Shown here in pieces: positions 48,901-58,700 of a stretch of 64,000 nt of DNA (positions are counted from its first letter, which is position 1; each line of letters begins with the position of its first letter). Source of the stretch: Bacillota bacterium (GTDB taxonomy: Bacteria; Bacillota; Limnochordia; Limnochordales; ZCTH02-B6). Location of the stretch: the NCBI GenBank assembly GCA_017656145.1, contig JACDOI010000005.1, positions 12,941 to 76,940 of the forward strand, written 5' to 3'. A program made the translations under genes and the position numbers. The notes beneath the pieces are model-generated. The model saw nothing but the letters and a program-made list of their open reading frames with translations. It was not told the DNA's origin and searched no databases.

Positions 48901-49901
48901 GGCGAGAATGGCTCCCTGCGCCCGGAAGACTGTTCGTCATCGAGCTCCCGGATCACCTCGGCCACGACCCGATTCCGGGCGGCATCGGGGGGCAGCGGCA
49001 GCGTGCAGCCAGCCGCGCGAGGATGGCCTCCGCCTCCGAGGCGCTGCGCGATGCGGCTCACGTCCACAGTCCCGCGGGAGCGCAATCCCACGCGGGTCTC
49101 TCCGCTCGAAAGCTCCCGCAACGCCAGCGCGACTTCCACCCCATTGACCATCCTCGGGTACTGGACGAACCCGTCGGCTTCGTCGTCCCGGGCGCCGGCT
49201 TCGGCGAGCATCCGGCGGGTAACGGTGATCCATGCGATGCGCCCGTCAGGGGTGCGGTCCATACCCGTTAAGGCTTTGGCCAGCAGGCGCATGGACGTCC
49301 ACGACGCGCGCTCATACACCTGGGAGGCGATCCAGTCGGGCCGGGCGCCGGCCTCGACCAGGCGAGCGGCCACCTTCAGTGCGGACGCGGTGGTGTTGCT
49401 GAAGCGAAACGATCCGGTATCGGTCATGAGCGCGGCATAGAGATTGGTCGCCGCCGCGCTATCGAGTTTGAGGTCCCAATAGTCGGTAAGCAGCCGGTAG
49501 ACGATCTCCCCGGTCGCGGCCGCGGCGGGATCCACATACCAACCGTTCCCAGCAGCGCTGTTGGTTGCATGATGGTCGAGGACGAAAAGCCGCGCAAACC
49601 GCCCGGCGTTCTGACCCACCTCGCCGGTGCGGGACGGCTCGCAGTCTAAGACCACAAGCGCTTCCGCAACCGGTGCGGGCGGTTGCATGATGCGCTCGGA
49701 TCCGGGCAGAAACCGCCATTCGGGCCGGACCGGATCAGGCGACACCAGCGTTACCTGCTTGCCCAATCGCTCCAGTCCCCAGGCAACCGCCAGCATCGAT
49801 CCGAGGCAGTCCGGATCCGGGTTGACGTGGCCCGTGACGACGAACGTCTCGTTGGCCCGCATCGCGGCCGCGACGGCGGCGAGCGACCCGTCAAGACCCA
49901 T
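48897..49901 (-). CDS. nrnA: DHH/DHHA1 phosphoesterase (NrnA-type oligoribonuclease / pAp phosphatase)
   Basis: Contains VVTGHVNPDPDCLGS, VLDHHATN, TDTGSFRF and GGGHPRAAG. ATG at 49901 overlaps the rbfA 3' end by 11 nt. Confidence 0.88.
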   Translation of the reverse strand: MGLDGSLAAVAAAMRANETFVVTGHVNPDPDCLGSMLAVAWGLERLGKQVTLVSPDPVRPEWRFLPGSERIMQPPAPVAEALVVLDCEPSRTGEVGQNAGRFARLFVLDHHATNSAAGNGWYVDPAAAATGEIVYRLLTDYWDLKLDSAAATNLYAALMTDTGSFRFSNTTASALKVAARLVEAGARPDWIASQVYERASWTSMRLLAKALTGMDRTPDGRIAWITVTRRMLAEAGARDDEADGFVQYPRMVNGVEVALALRELSSGETRVGLRSRGTVDVSRIAQRLGGGGHPRAAGCTLPLPPDAARNRVVAEVIRELDDEQSSGRREPFSP

Positions 49902-50271
49902 CAGCGTTCTCCCCGGACGTAACCGAGCGCAAGATGTTGTCGATTCGGTGCCCTCGCTCGATGGAATCATCGAGCCGGAACGCGATCTCGGGCGTGTGCC
50001 GGAGGCGAATGCGCTTGCCGATCTCTGTGCGCACAAATCCCCGGGCGTGTTCGAGCGCCGCCAGCGTCCGCTCTTTCTCCTCGGGGGTACCGTAGATGCT
50101 GACGAAGATCTTCACATGCCGCAAGTCCGACGAAATCTCGGCGTCCGTCACCGAAACGAACCCGATGCGCGGGTCCTTCATCTTGCGCAGGATGTCGCTG
50201 GCCTCCCGCTTCAACTCTTCCCGGATGCGTGCCGACCGTGGCACGGCCACGGACGCCCCCTCCTCCGACAC
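49891..50271 (-). CDS. rbfA: ribosome-binding factor A
   Basis: 126 aa with RIREELKREASDILR, DPRIGFVSVTDAEISSDLRHVKIFVS and HTPEIAF. Confidence 0.94.
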   Translation of the reverse strand: MSEEGASVAVPRSARIREELKREASDILRKMKDPRIGFVSVTDAEISSDLRHVKIFVSIYGTPEEKERTLAALEHARGFVRTEIGKRIRLRHTPEIAFRLDDSIERGHRIDNILRSVTSGENADGS

Positions 50272-50276
50272 CAGCT

Positions 50277-50558
50277 TTAGATCAACTCGATCGAGTAGTC
50301 GGTCAGCTCGACGTCAGGCTCCCGGCGGACCAGGTCGACGATGGTCGACAAGACCTGGTGCGCATGGCGGCTGTCGTTGGTCACCAGCGCCAGGCCAAGC
50401 GTCGACCGCTGCCACGCGTCGTGCCCGTCGACTTCGGCGATGGAAACGTTGAATTTGCGGCGGATCCGGTCCCGCAAGCTGCGGAGGACCCGCCGCTTCC
50501 CCTTAAGCGACCCGCTTTCCCCGATGAACAACTCCAGGGTGAGCAGGCCAACCACCAT
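50277..50558 (-). CDS. ylxP: DUF503 protein (YlxP family)
   Basis: 93 aa, MVVGLLTLELFIGESGSLKGKRRVLRSL. Conserved position between infB and rbfA. Confidence 0.85.
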   Translation of the reverse strand: MVVGLLTLELFIGESGSLKGKRRVLRSLRDRIRRKFNVSIAEVDGHDAWQRSTLGLALVTNDSRHAHQVLSTIVDLVRREPDVELTDYSIELI

Positions 50559-50564
50559 CGCCCA

Positions 50565-52796
50565 TCACCGGGCGACCTCTTCGACGCGGAACGCTTCAAG
50601 CACGTCGCCTTCCTTAAGATCGTTGAAGCGCTCCAGTCCGATGCCGCACTCAAAGCCTGCGGCCACCTCGCGCACGTCGTCTTTGAACCGCTTCAGCGAG
50701 CTCATGGCGCCCTCGTACACCACAACGCCGTCCCGGATGACGCGAATGGAGCTTCCCCGGGCCACCTTGCCTTCGGTGACGTAGCAGCCGGCCACGGTGC
50801 CCACGTTGGGCACCCGGAACAACGCCCGAACCTCCGCCCGGCCAACGACGACTTCCCGGTACTCCGGTTTCAGCATGCCCTTCAGCGCCCGTTCGATCTC
50901 GTCGATGGCGTCGTATATCACCCGGTACAGCCGGATGTCGACGTTCTCCTGCTCCGCCACTTTGCGAGCCGTCGCATCGGGGCGGACGTTGAACCCAACA
51001 ATGACAGCGTTGGCGGTGGCGGCCAGGTCCACGTCGGTCTTGGTGATTGCGCCCACCGCGGCGTGCAGCACCCGGACCCGAACCTCATCGCCGCTCAGCT
51101 TCTCCAAGGCTCCCCGCAGCGCTTCCACCGAACCTTGGACGTCGCCCTTGATGATCAGCGGCAACTCCTGGATCTGGCCGTCGCCGGACTGCTGGAACAG
51201 TTGCTCCAGGTTGGCCCGGACGGGCTTCCGCATCTCCTGTTCCCGCAACTGCTCCCGGCGCCGGGCCGCCACTTCCCGGGCGAGCCGCTCCTCGGGAAGC
51301 ACCACCAGTTCGTCGCCCGCAGCCGGCACGTCCTCCAGCCCGAGCACTGACACGGGCATCGACGGTCCGGCTTGGGAGACCGGCTTGCCGCGGTCGTCAA
51401 ACATCGCCCGCACTTTGCCCGCCACGGGTCCGGCGACTACCGCATCCCCGAGCCTGAGCGTGCCCTTCTTCACCAGCACGGTAGCCACCGGGCCCCGGCT
51501 GCGATCAAGTTCCGCTTCGATGATGACTCCGCGGGCCGGCCGGTCGGGATTCGCCCGCAACTCCTTCAGCTCGCCGACGAGCACGATCATTTCCAAAAGG
51601 TCGTCAATGCCTTCCCGCTTCAAGGCCGAGACAGGCACCATCACCGTGTCGCCGCCCCAGTCTTCAGGGACGAGGCCCCGCTCCGCCAGTTGCTGCTTGA
51701 TCCGGTCGGGATTGGCGTCAGGCCGGTCCATCTTATTGATGGCGACGATGATCGGCACGCCGGCCGCCCGGGCGTGGTCGATGGCTTCCACCGTCTGGGG
51801 CATGACGCCGTCGTCCGCGGCCACGACCAGCACCGCGATGTCCGTCACCTGAGCTCCCCGCGACCGCATGGCGGTGAACGCTTCGTGGCCCGGGGTGTCA
51901 AGAAACGTAATGGACTTGTCGCGCCACTGCACCTGATAAGCACCGATGTGCTGGGTGATGCCGCCGGCCTCGGTGGCCGCGACCCGCGTCTCGCGAATCG
52001 CATCCAAAAGCGTCGTCTTGCCGTGGTCCACATGACCCATGATGGTCACGACCGGCGGCGCGGGCACCAGCTTCTCCGGAGGATCTTCCGCATCGGCCAA
52101 AGCCAGCGCTTCCTCGATCGGATCCTTGGGGCGGACCACCTCGAACCCAAGCCGGGTCGCGACCTTGGCCGCGGTCTCAAAATCCAAGCTCTGGTTGATG
52201 GTGGTCATAATGCCCTGGTTGAACAAGTACTTGACGATAGCCGCGGCCGGAACGCCCACCCTGCCGGCCAGCTCTTTGACGGGAATGTTTTCGGGTAGCT
52301 CCAGCTTCCCCCGGGACCCCGGCTCCGGCGGAGTGACCCGCTGGGGGCTGCGGGCCCCCGGCCGCTGGCCGTGCTGACCGGATCGCCGGCTTACCGATCC
52401 GGCCTTATTGGAGCTGCCGCCGGGCCGACCGGCCACATGACCGCCGCGCGCCGCGCGAGACCCTCCTGCCCCGCCGCTTGTTGCAGCACCCCGCCCTGAG
52501 CGCGGATCACCCTGGGATTGGACCCGGGATTGGGGGCGGGTCTGGGATTGGGGCTGGGGTTTTTGGGATTGCGCCTGGGGTTGGGGCCGTTCGCCCGGCG
52601 ACTGCACCTTGTCCGCGGCTGCCGGCCGAGCCGCCTTGGATTTGGCGAAGTGCCGGCGAATCCGCTGCACGTATTCGTCCTCAATGGTGCTCATGTGATT
52701 CCTGGCTTCTTGCCCCATGGACTCCAGGAGGTCGACGATCTGCTTGCTTTCCACGCCCAAGGCGCGGGCCAGTTCGTACACTCGGATCTTTGCCAT
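50565..52796 (-). CDS. infB: translation initiation factor IF-2
   Basis: [16 protein letters not shown]-terminus, Gln/Pro/Gly-rich linker, and G domain [29 protein letters not shown] at 52796 with GAGGTGA 8 nt upstream. Confidence 0.96.
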   Translation of the reverse strand: MAKIRVYELARALGVESKQIVDLLESMGQEARNHMSTIEDEYVQRIRRHFAKSKAARPAAADKVQSPGERPQPQAQSQKPQPQSQTRPQSRVQSQGDPRSGRGAATSGGAGGSRAARGGHVAGRPGGSSNKAGSVSRRSGQHGQRPGARSPQRVTPPEPGSRGKLELPENIPVKELAGRVGVPAAAIVKYLFNQGIMTTINQSLDFETAAKVATRLGFEVVRPKDPIEEALALADAEDPPEKLVPAPPVVTIMGHVDHGKTTLLDAIRETRVAATEAGGITQHIGAYQVQWRDKSITFLDTPGHEAFTAMRSRGAQVTDIAVLVVAADDGVMPQTVEAIDHARAAGVPIIVAINKMDRPDANPDRIKQQLAERGLVPEDWGGDTVMVPVSALKREGIDDLLEMIVLVGELKELRANPDRPARGVIIEAELDRSRGPVATVLVKKGTLRLGDAVVAGPVAGKVRAMFDDRGKPVSQAGPSMPVSVLGLEDVPAAGDELVVLPEERLAREVAARRREQLREQEMRKPVRANLEQLFQQSGDGQIQELPLIIKGDVQGSVEALRGALEKLSGDEVRVRVLHAAVGAITKTDVDLAATANAVIVGFNVRPDATARKVAEQENVDIRLYRVIYDAIDEIERALKGMLKPEYREVVVGRAEVRALFRVPNVGTVAGCYVTEGKVARGSSIRVIRDGVVVYEGAMSSLKRFKDDVREVAAGFECGIGLERFNDLKEGDVLEAFRVEEVAR

Positions 52797-53118
52797 CGAC
52801 TGCATCACCTCGACTCGTTTCCCCGCCGCCCAGGGCTTGCCATAGCCGGTTCGCCCATCCCGGGTCGCATACCGCAATCACGGCCCGGGGCCGCTCGCCG
52901 ACCCACCGGCCGAGCTCTTCCTTTCGGCCCCACTGGACGACGGGCACCCCGTGCGTCTCGGCCATGTGCCGCACGCGGCGAACCAGCGCGGCCCCGGCGT
53001 CCTCAGCTACCAGCACAAGCCGCGCTTTGCCGTAGCGCACCGCCCGGCGACAAGCTTCATCGCCCGAAGCCACCTGCCCTGCGGCCCGGGCGAAGCCAAG
53101 CACCGCACTGGGGTTCAT
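52681..53118 (-). CDS. ylxQ: L7Ae-family RNA-binding protein YlxQ with a C-terminal run-on into infB
   Basis: ATG 53118 overlaps the ylxR TGA (ATGA). The core is [29 protein letters not shown]...HGVPVV. The frame stays open 116 nt past the infB start. Confidence 0.8.
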   Translation of the reverse strand: MNPSAVLGFARAAGQVASGDEACRRAVRYGKARLVLVAEDAGAALVRRVRHMAETHGVPVVQWGRKEELGRWVGERPRAVIAVCDPGWANRLWQALGGGETSRGDAVDGKDPSVRTGPRLGRGKQADRRPPGVHGARSQESHEHH

Positions 53119-53384
53119 GACGGCGCGGCCAGCATGCCCGCGAGGCGTTCCCGAACCTCGTCCGGCACCGGATGCTGCAACGCCCGTTCCAGCCGCTTTC
53201 CCTTCCACGCCAGCTCCAAGCACCGGGGATCCGGGCACACGTACGCTCCCCGTCCAGCCAGCTTACCAGTAGTATCCACCGTCACCTGGCCGTCCGGGGT
53301 GCGCACCACCCGCACGAGTTCCCGCTTCGCTCGTACTTGCCGGCACCCGACACAAGTGCGCTGGGGGATCTTGCGCGGCTTCAC
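53115..53384 (-). CDS. ylxR: YlxR/RnpM family (DUF448) RNA-binding protein
   Basis: 89 aa with PQRTCVGCRQVRAKRELVRVV and GRGAYVCP. Confidence 0.92.
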   Translation of the reverse strand: MKPRKIPQRTCVGCRQVRAKRELVRVVRTPDGQVTVDTTGKLAGRGAYVCPDPRCLELAWKGKRLERALQHPVPDEVRERLAGMLAAPS

Positions 53385-53397
53385 CCGAAGCTCCCCC

Positions 53398-55077
53398 CTA
53401 TTCCTCTCGGAACAGCTCGCCCAAAGCCTTCAGGTCCCGGACGACCCGCTTCGGCTTTTGGCGGGCCTTTTTCGGGGCGGCCGGCGCGGGCTGCTCCTTG
53501 TCCGTCACTTGAACCTTTTCCAGCACCTGGGCCAGCCGCTGGCGCAAGGGGTTGTTGTCGTCCTCTTCTTCGGGTCCCGCGACGTACACCGGAACTTCGG
53601 CGCTCTCGCTCTCCTCGTCGTCCTCGTCACCGAACAAGGACGGCAACGGTTCGTCCTCCTCGAGGACTTCCTCCTCGAAGATCTCCTGCAGCTCCCGCCG
53701 GGCGACCTTGCCCTTTTTCGCCTTGGAAGCCGGCTTCTCCCGCTCCGGTTCGAGCTCCGTTTCGTCGACGACGGGCGTGAGAAACTCCTCGGGGAATTCG
53801 TCGTCCTCCACGAGCTCCGGTTCGGGCTCTTCCCCTTCGGCGGGCGCCGCTGCCTCGGCCGGAGCGGCTGCTGCGGGCAGTTCCGGCTGCTGCTCAAGTT
53901 CCTCGGGCGCCGCCGGTTCCTCCGGCACCGCTTCCTCCGCGCGGGCCGCCTCGGCCTCTTGCCGGGCCATTTCCGCGGCCCGCTTAGCCCGAAGGGCCGC
54001 TTCGGCCTCCTCGAACGCCCTCTGGGCCTCCAGCACCGCGAGCTCAGCCATTTGCGACTCGCTCTTAATGTCGATCTTCCAGCCGCACAGGCGGGCGGCC
54101 AGCCGCGCGTTCTGGCCCTCCTTGCCGATGGCGAGCGACAGCTGATGGTCAGGCACGACGGCCCGGGCAGTCTTCTCCTCGGAATTGAGGAACACCTGGA
54201 CGACTTTGGCCGGGCTCAAGGCGTTGGCCACAAACCGCTGCGGATCGGGGGACCACTCGACGATGTCGATCTTCTCCCCCTTGAGCTCTTGCACGACCGC
54301 CTGTACCCGGGAACCGCGGGGACCGACGCAGGCGCCCACCGGATCCACGTTGGATTCATAGGACCAGACGGCGATCTTGGAGCGATTGCCCGCTTCCCGG
54401 GCCACCGCCTTGATCTCCACCGTGCCGTCGTGGATCTCGGGAACCTCCAGCTCAAACAGGCGCTTGAGCAGCCCGGGGTGCGTCCTGGAAATCAAGACCT
54501 GGGGCCCCTTGGGCGTCTTGCGCACCTCGGTAATGTAGACTTTGATGCGGGACCCCGGGGAATACGTTTCGCCCGGCATCTGCTCGCTGGGAACGAGCAC
54601 CGACTCGATGCGGCCCAGATCCACGATGACGTTCCGGTGGTCCAGGCGCTGCACGATGCCGGTCACGATGTCGCCGGCCCGGTTCGCGTATTCCTCGTAG
54701 ATCAAGTTGCGTTCGGCCTCGCGGATGCGCTGGATGACGACCTGCTTGGCGGTTTGGGCGGCGATCCGGCCGAAATCCCGGGGCGTGATCTCGACCTCGG
54801 CCACGTCGTGGAGGTTGTAGTTCGGGTCGATCTTCCTGGCGTCGTCTAGGGAGATCTCCGTGGCGTCGTCTTCCACCTCTTCGACCACGTCCTTTAGGGC
54901 GTAAACCCGCATCTTCCCGGTGCGGTCGTCCACGACGACCCGCACGTTCTCCGCGGACCCGTAGTGGCGCTTGTACGCCGAGACGATGGCCGCTTCAATG
55001 GCCTCCATCAGAATCTCTTTTGAAATGCCCCGTTCCTTCTCAAGCTCGTTCAGCGCGCCAACCAGTTCCAGGTTCAT
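53398..55077 (-). CDS. nusA: transcription termination/antitermination factor NusA with a long acidic C-terminal extension
   Basis: MNLELVGALNELEKERGISKE N-terminus, S1 domain (GDIVTGIVQR) and KH1/KH2 (VGACVGPRGSRVQ, AIGKEGQNARLAARL). These are followed by about 217 aa of Glu/Ala/Pro-rich sequence. Confidence 0.95.
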   Translation of the reverse strand: MNLELVGALNELEKERGISKEILMEAIEAAIVSAYKRHYGSAENVRVVVDDRTGKMRVYALKDVVEEVEDDATEISLDDARKIDPNYNLHDVAEVEITPRDFGRIAAQTAKQVVIQRIREAERNLIYEEYANRAGDIVTGIVQRLDHRNVIVDLGRIESVLVPSEQMPGETYSPGSRIKVYITEVRKTPKGPQVLISRTHPGLLKRLFELEVPEIHDGTVEIKAVAREAGNRSKIAVWSYESNVDPVGACVGPRGSRVQAVVQELKGEKIDIVEWSPDPQRFVANALSPAKVVQVFLNSEEKTARAVVPDHQLSLAIGKEGQNARLAARLCGWKIDIKSESQMAELAVLEAQRAFEEAEAALRAKRAAEMARQEAEAARAEEAVPEEPAAPEELEQQPELPAAAAPAEAAAPAEGEEPEPELVEDDEFPEEFLTPVVDETELEPEREKPASKAKKGKVARRELQEIFEEEVLEEDEPLPSLFGDEDDEESESAEVPVYVAGPEEEDDNNPLRQRLAQVLEKVQVTDKEQPAPAAPKKARQKPKRVVRDLKALGELFREE

Positions 55078-55146
55078 CGCCGCCAGCTTCCTCCCGCTCG
55101 TTGTTCCCGAAACGGCCCGGTCCATTGGTGACCCGTCGGTTCCCGC

Positions 55147-55608
55147 TCATCCTTCAGCCACGAGGTGGGCCTTGGCAACGAGATCGTGGGGAATGGCCAC
55201 CTCGCCGTCATCGGTCCGCAGCACCACGTCACCGCCGACGAGTCCCACAAGCAGCCCTTGCCAGTTACGGCGGCCGTCCACGGGCTTGAAGGTGCGCAGC
55301 CGGATCCGTCGCCCGGCAAACCGGACGAAATCTTCGGGCTGGCGCAGCGGCCGTTCGATGCCGGGTGAGGAAACTTCCAGGCTGTACGGACCGGGAATGG
55401 GATCCCGCTCGTCGAGGCGTTCTCCCAGCGCCTCGCTGAAGGCCTGGCAGTCGTCCAAGGTCACCCCGGTCGGCTTGTCGATGAAGACCCGCAACACCCA
55501 GCCGCCAGCCTCCCGCCGGTATTCCACGTCCACGACTTCAAGCCCCAGGCCCGGGGCCACTTCTTGTGCGAGCGGTCGAACCGCCGCCAAAACGTCGCGG
55601 GCTCCCAC
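55147..55608 (-). CDS. rimP: ribosome maturation factor RimP
   Basis: Contains GLEVVDVEYRREAGGWVLRVFIDKP and LEVSSPGIERPL. GTG at 55608 with AAAGGAGAGG about 7 nt upstream. Confidence 0.92.
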   Translation of the reverse strand: MGARDVLAAVRPLAQEVAPGLGLEVVDVEYRREAGGWVLRVFIDKPTGVTLDDCQAFSEALGERLDERDPIPGPYSLEVSSPGIERPLRQPEDFVRFAGRRIRLRTFKPVDGRRNWQGLLVGLVGGDVVLRTDDGEVAIPHDLVAKAHLVAEG

Positions 55609-55692
55609 AGACGCCCCTCTCCTTTCGGCGAGCGGCGCCCCCGGTTCCGGACCCGGCCCGTTCCTCACCGGGCGAACAGGGCCCAACATTAA

Positions 55693-55722
55693 CGAAAGAG
55701 TGGGGAAGTCCCCACTCTTTCG
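55693..55722 (-). terminator. leader hairpin (candidate attenuator) of the rimP-nusA-infB operon
   Basis: Perfect 13-bp stem CGAAAGAGTGGGG-(4-nt loop)-CCCCACTCTTTCG followed on the minus strand by an interrupted U-tract (TTAATGTT). It lies downstream of the promoter at 55753..55781 and upstream of rimP. Confidence 0.6.
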
Positions 55723-55752
55723 CCGAAGGCACGCATCGCCGTCCTGATGACC

Positions 55753-55781
55753 AGTATACCATTGCACAGGGGCTTTGGCAA
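55753..55781 (-). promoter_or_regulatory. sigma-A-type promoter of the rimP-nusA operon
   Basis: Minus strand TTGCCA (55781..55776), a 17-nt spacer, then TATACT (55758..55753) with an upstream TG, starting 10 nt after the polC stop. Confidence 0.65.
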
Positions 55782-55790
55782 CAGCCCCCG

Positions 55791-58700
55791 CTAAAAAAGC
55801 GTCAGCTGGTCCGTCTCTGGCAAGCCGTCCAGGGCCCCGTGCTGGCGCAAGGCATCGACGACGCTGCGGCTCACGCCCGCCCGCCGCCGCAAGTCTTCCA
55901 TAGACGTGAACGGGCCCTCTTTCCGGGCCGCGGCGATGCTGTCCGCCGCGCTGGCGCCGACTCCCGCCAGCGCCATGAGCGGCGGCAAAAGGCCTTGAGG
56001 CGTGATCCGGAACCGTCGCGGGTCGGATTCGTACAGATGCACCCGTCGAAACGAAATGCCGCGGGCCATGGCTTCCAACACGATCTCCAAAATCGTCACC
56101 AAGTTTTTCTCTCGGGCGGTCGCTTCCGGCCCTTTGCGTTCTACCGCTTCCATGGCCCGGCGCATGGCTTCCCGCCCTTCGATCACCAGCTGCGCGTCGT
56201 ACTCTTCGGCCCGCACCGACAGGTAGGACGCGTAAAACGCCTCGGGATAATGGACTTTAAAGTACGCGATGCGAAACGCCATCATCACGTAGGCCGCGGC
56301 GTGGGCTTTGGGGAACATGTAGCTGATCTTTTGGCATGACTCGATGTACCACTCGGGCAAGCCGTGGCGCCGCATCAGTTCTTCGTCCTCAGGCTTGAGC
56401 CCCTTGCCCTTGCGGACCTGCTCCATGATCCGGAACGCTGCTCCGGATTCTATCCCCCGCTGGATCAGGTACGTCATGATGTCGTCCCGGGTCGCAATGA
56501 CTTCCGGCAACGTCGCGATGCCCCGCCGGATCAAGTCCTGGGCGTTGTTGGTCCAGACGTTGGTCCCATGGGAGAGGCCACTGATTCGCACCAGTTCCGC
56601 GAATGTACGGGGCCTGGTTTCTTCCAGCATCTGCCGGACGAACCGGGTGCCGAACTCAGGCACGCCCAGGGTGCCCACGTTGGTCCCGGCCTCCCCCGGC
56701 CGCAGTCCCAGCGAGGTCACGTCGCGAAAGATGGCCATCGTATCCGGATCGTCCAGGGGAATTCTGCGGACGTCGACCCCCGTCATATCCTGGAGCATCC
56801 GGAGCACGGTCGGATCGTCGTGGCCGAGGATGTCCAGCTTCACCAGGTTGTCGTGCAGCGCATGGAAATCGAAATGGGTCGTCACAACGCCGGCGTCCCG
56901 ATCGTTGGCGGGGTATTGCACCGGAGTGAACTCGTGGATATCCCGGCCGCGGGGGACGACGATGAGCCCGCCCGGGTGCTGGCCCGTAGTCCGCCGCACG
57001 CCCGAGCATCCCCGGACCAGGCGGTTCACCTCCGCCGCGCGCGCTTCCCGCCCTTGGGCTTCGAGGAACTTCCGGACGTAGCCGTACGCGGTGCGCTCCG
57101 CGAGGGTAGCCGTGGTGCCGGCCCGGTAAACGTTTTCCTTGCCGAGAAGTTCCTCCGCGTACTTATGGGCTTCCGCCTGGTATTCCCCGGAAAAGTTGAG
57201 GTCGATATCGGGCACCTTGTCGCCGTGGAATCCCATGAACGTTTCGAACGGGATGTCGAACCCGTCTTTTTCCAGCGACTGGCCGCAGCGGGGACACTCG
57301 CGGGCCGGCAGATCGATCCCGCACCCGTAGCGGCCGTCGGTGAAAAACTGGGTCCACTGGCAAGATGGGCAGACGTAGTGCGGCGGCAGGGGATTGACCT
57401 CGGTGATGCCGCACATGGTCGCCACCAGCGACGAGCCCACCGAACCCCGGGAACCGACCAGGTATCCGTCCTCCAGCGACTTGCGAACGAGCTTGTGAGC
57501 GATGTAATACAGCGGCGCAAAGCCGTTGTCGATAATCGCCTTCAGCTCCCGCTCAAGCCGGGTCTCCACGATCTCCGGCAACGGATCCCCATACCGGGCC
57601 CGGGCCCGCTGGCGGGCCATGGCCGCGATGGTGTCGGCCGCTTCGGGCACATCCGGCGTATGGAGGCCGGGCGGCACCGGCTCCATGGACTCGCAACGGT
57701 CGGCGATCCGGTTGGGGTTGACGATGACGACTTCCCGGGCCTTCTCGTCTCCCAAATAGGCGAACTCCTCGAGCATTTCCCGGGTCGTGCGCAGATATAG
57801 GGGCGTCGGCCGTTCCGCAGTGCTGAAGCCGTGGCCGGCCATGAGAATGCGGCGGAAGATATCGTCTTCCGGATGGATGAAATGCGCGTCGGAGGTGGCC
57901 ACCACCGGAAGCCCCAATTCCTCGCCGAGCTTGACGATGCGCCGGTTGATCTCGAGCAGGTCGTCTTCGCCCTTCACTTTCCCCTCGCCGATCAGAAACC
58001 GGTTGTTGTCCCTGGGCTGAATCTCCAGGTAGTCGTAAAACCGCGCCCGCTCCAACAGCTTCTCCCACGGCTCGCCCGACAAAATCGCCTGGTACAGTTC
58101 CCCGGCCTCGCAGGCGGAGCCGACGATCAGCCCTTCCCTCCGCCGGGCCAGCTCGTCCCGGGGGATCCGGGGGTTGCGGTAAAAGTAGCGCAAGTGCGAA
58201 AGAGAAACCAGCTCGTACAGGTTTCTCAGTCCCCGCTTGTTCCGGGCCAGGATGATGATGTGGTATGATCGGCTTCGCGCCTCGGGGTCGTCGACCAAAT
58301 ACCCCTCGATGCCGTAAATCAGCTTAATTCCGGACGCCGCTGCGGCCTGGTGCGCCTCGGGAAAGGCGTGGATGACCCCGTGGTCGGTGACGGCCACGGC
58401 CCGGTGTCCCCACGCGGCCGCCTGGCGAATAGCCGCAGCCACATCCGCGGCGCCGTCCAGGCTGCTCATCTTGGTGTGCATGTGCAGTTCGACCCGCTTT
58501 TCGGGCCAGTCGTCGATCCTTGCGCGGGGTTCCGTCCGCATTATATCCTTGGCGCTCAAGACCAGCTCCCGGGCGAACCGGTCGAACTCCACCCGGCCCC
58601 GGATCCGGACCGCTGTGCCCGCCGGCAACGGGTCTGCCAGCACCGCCTCTCCGCGGGCGAACAACTTAACCGTGATGGAGTCGGTGCGGTCGGTGATGTC

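Noticed and set aside
52951-54849. 632-aa plus-strand ORF over ylxR/nusA
   Set aside because: It is antisense to NusA (S1/KH motifs). Low complexity.
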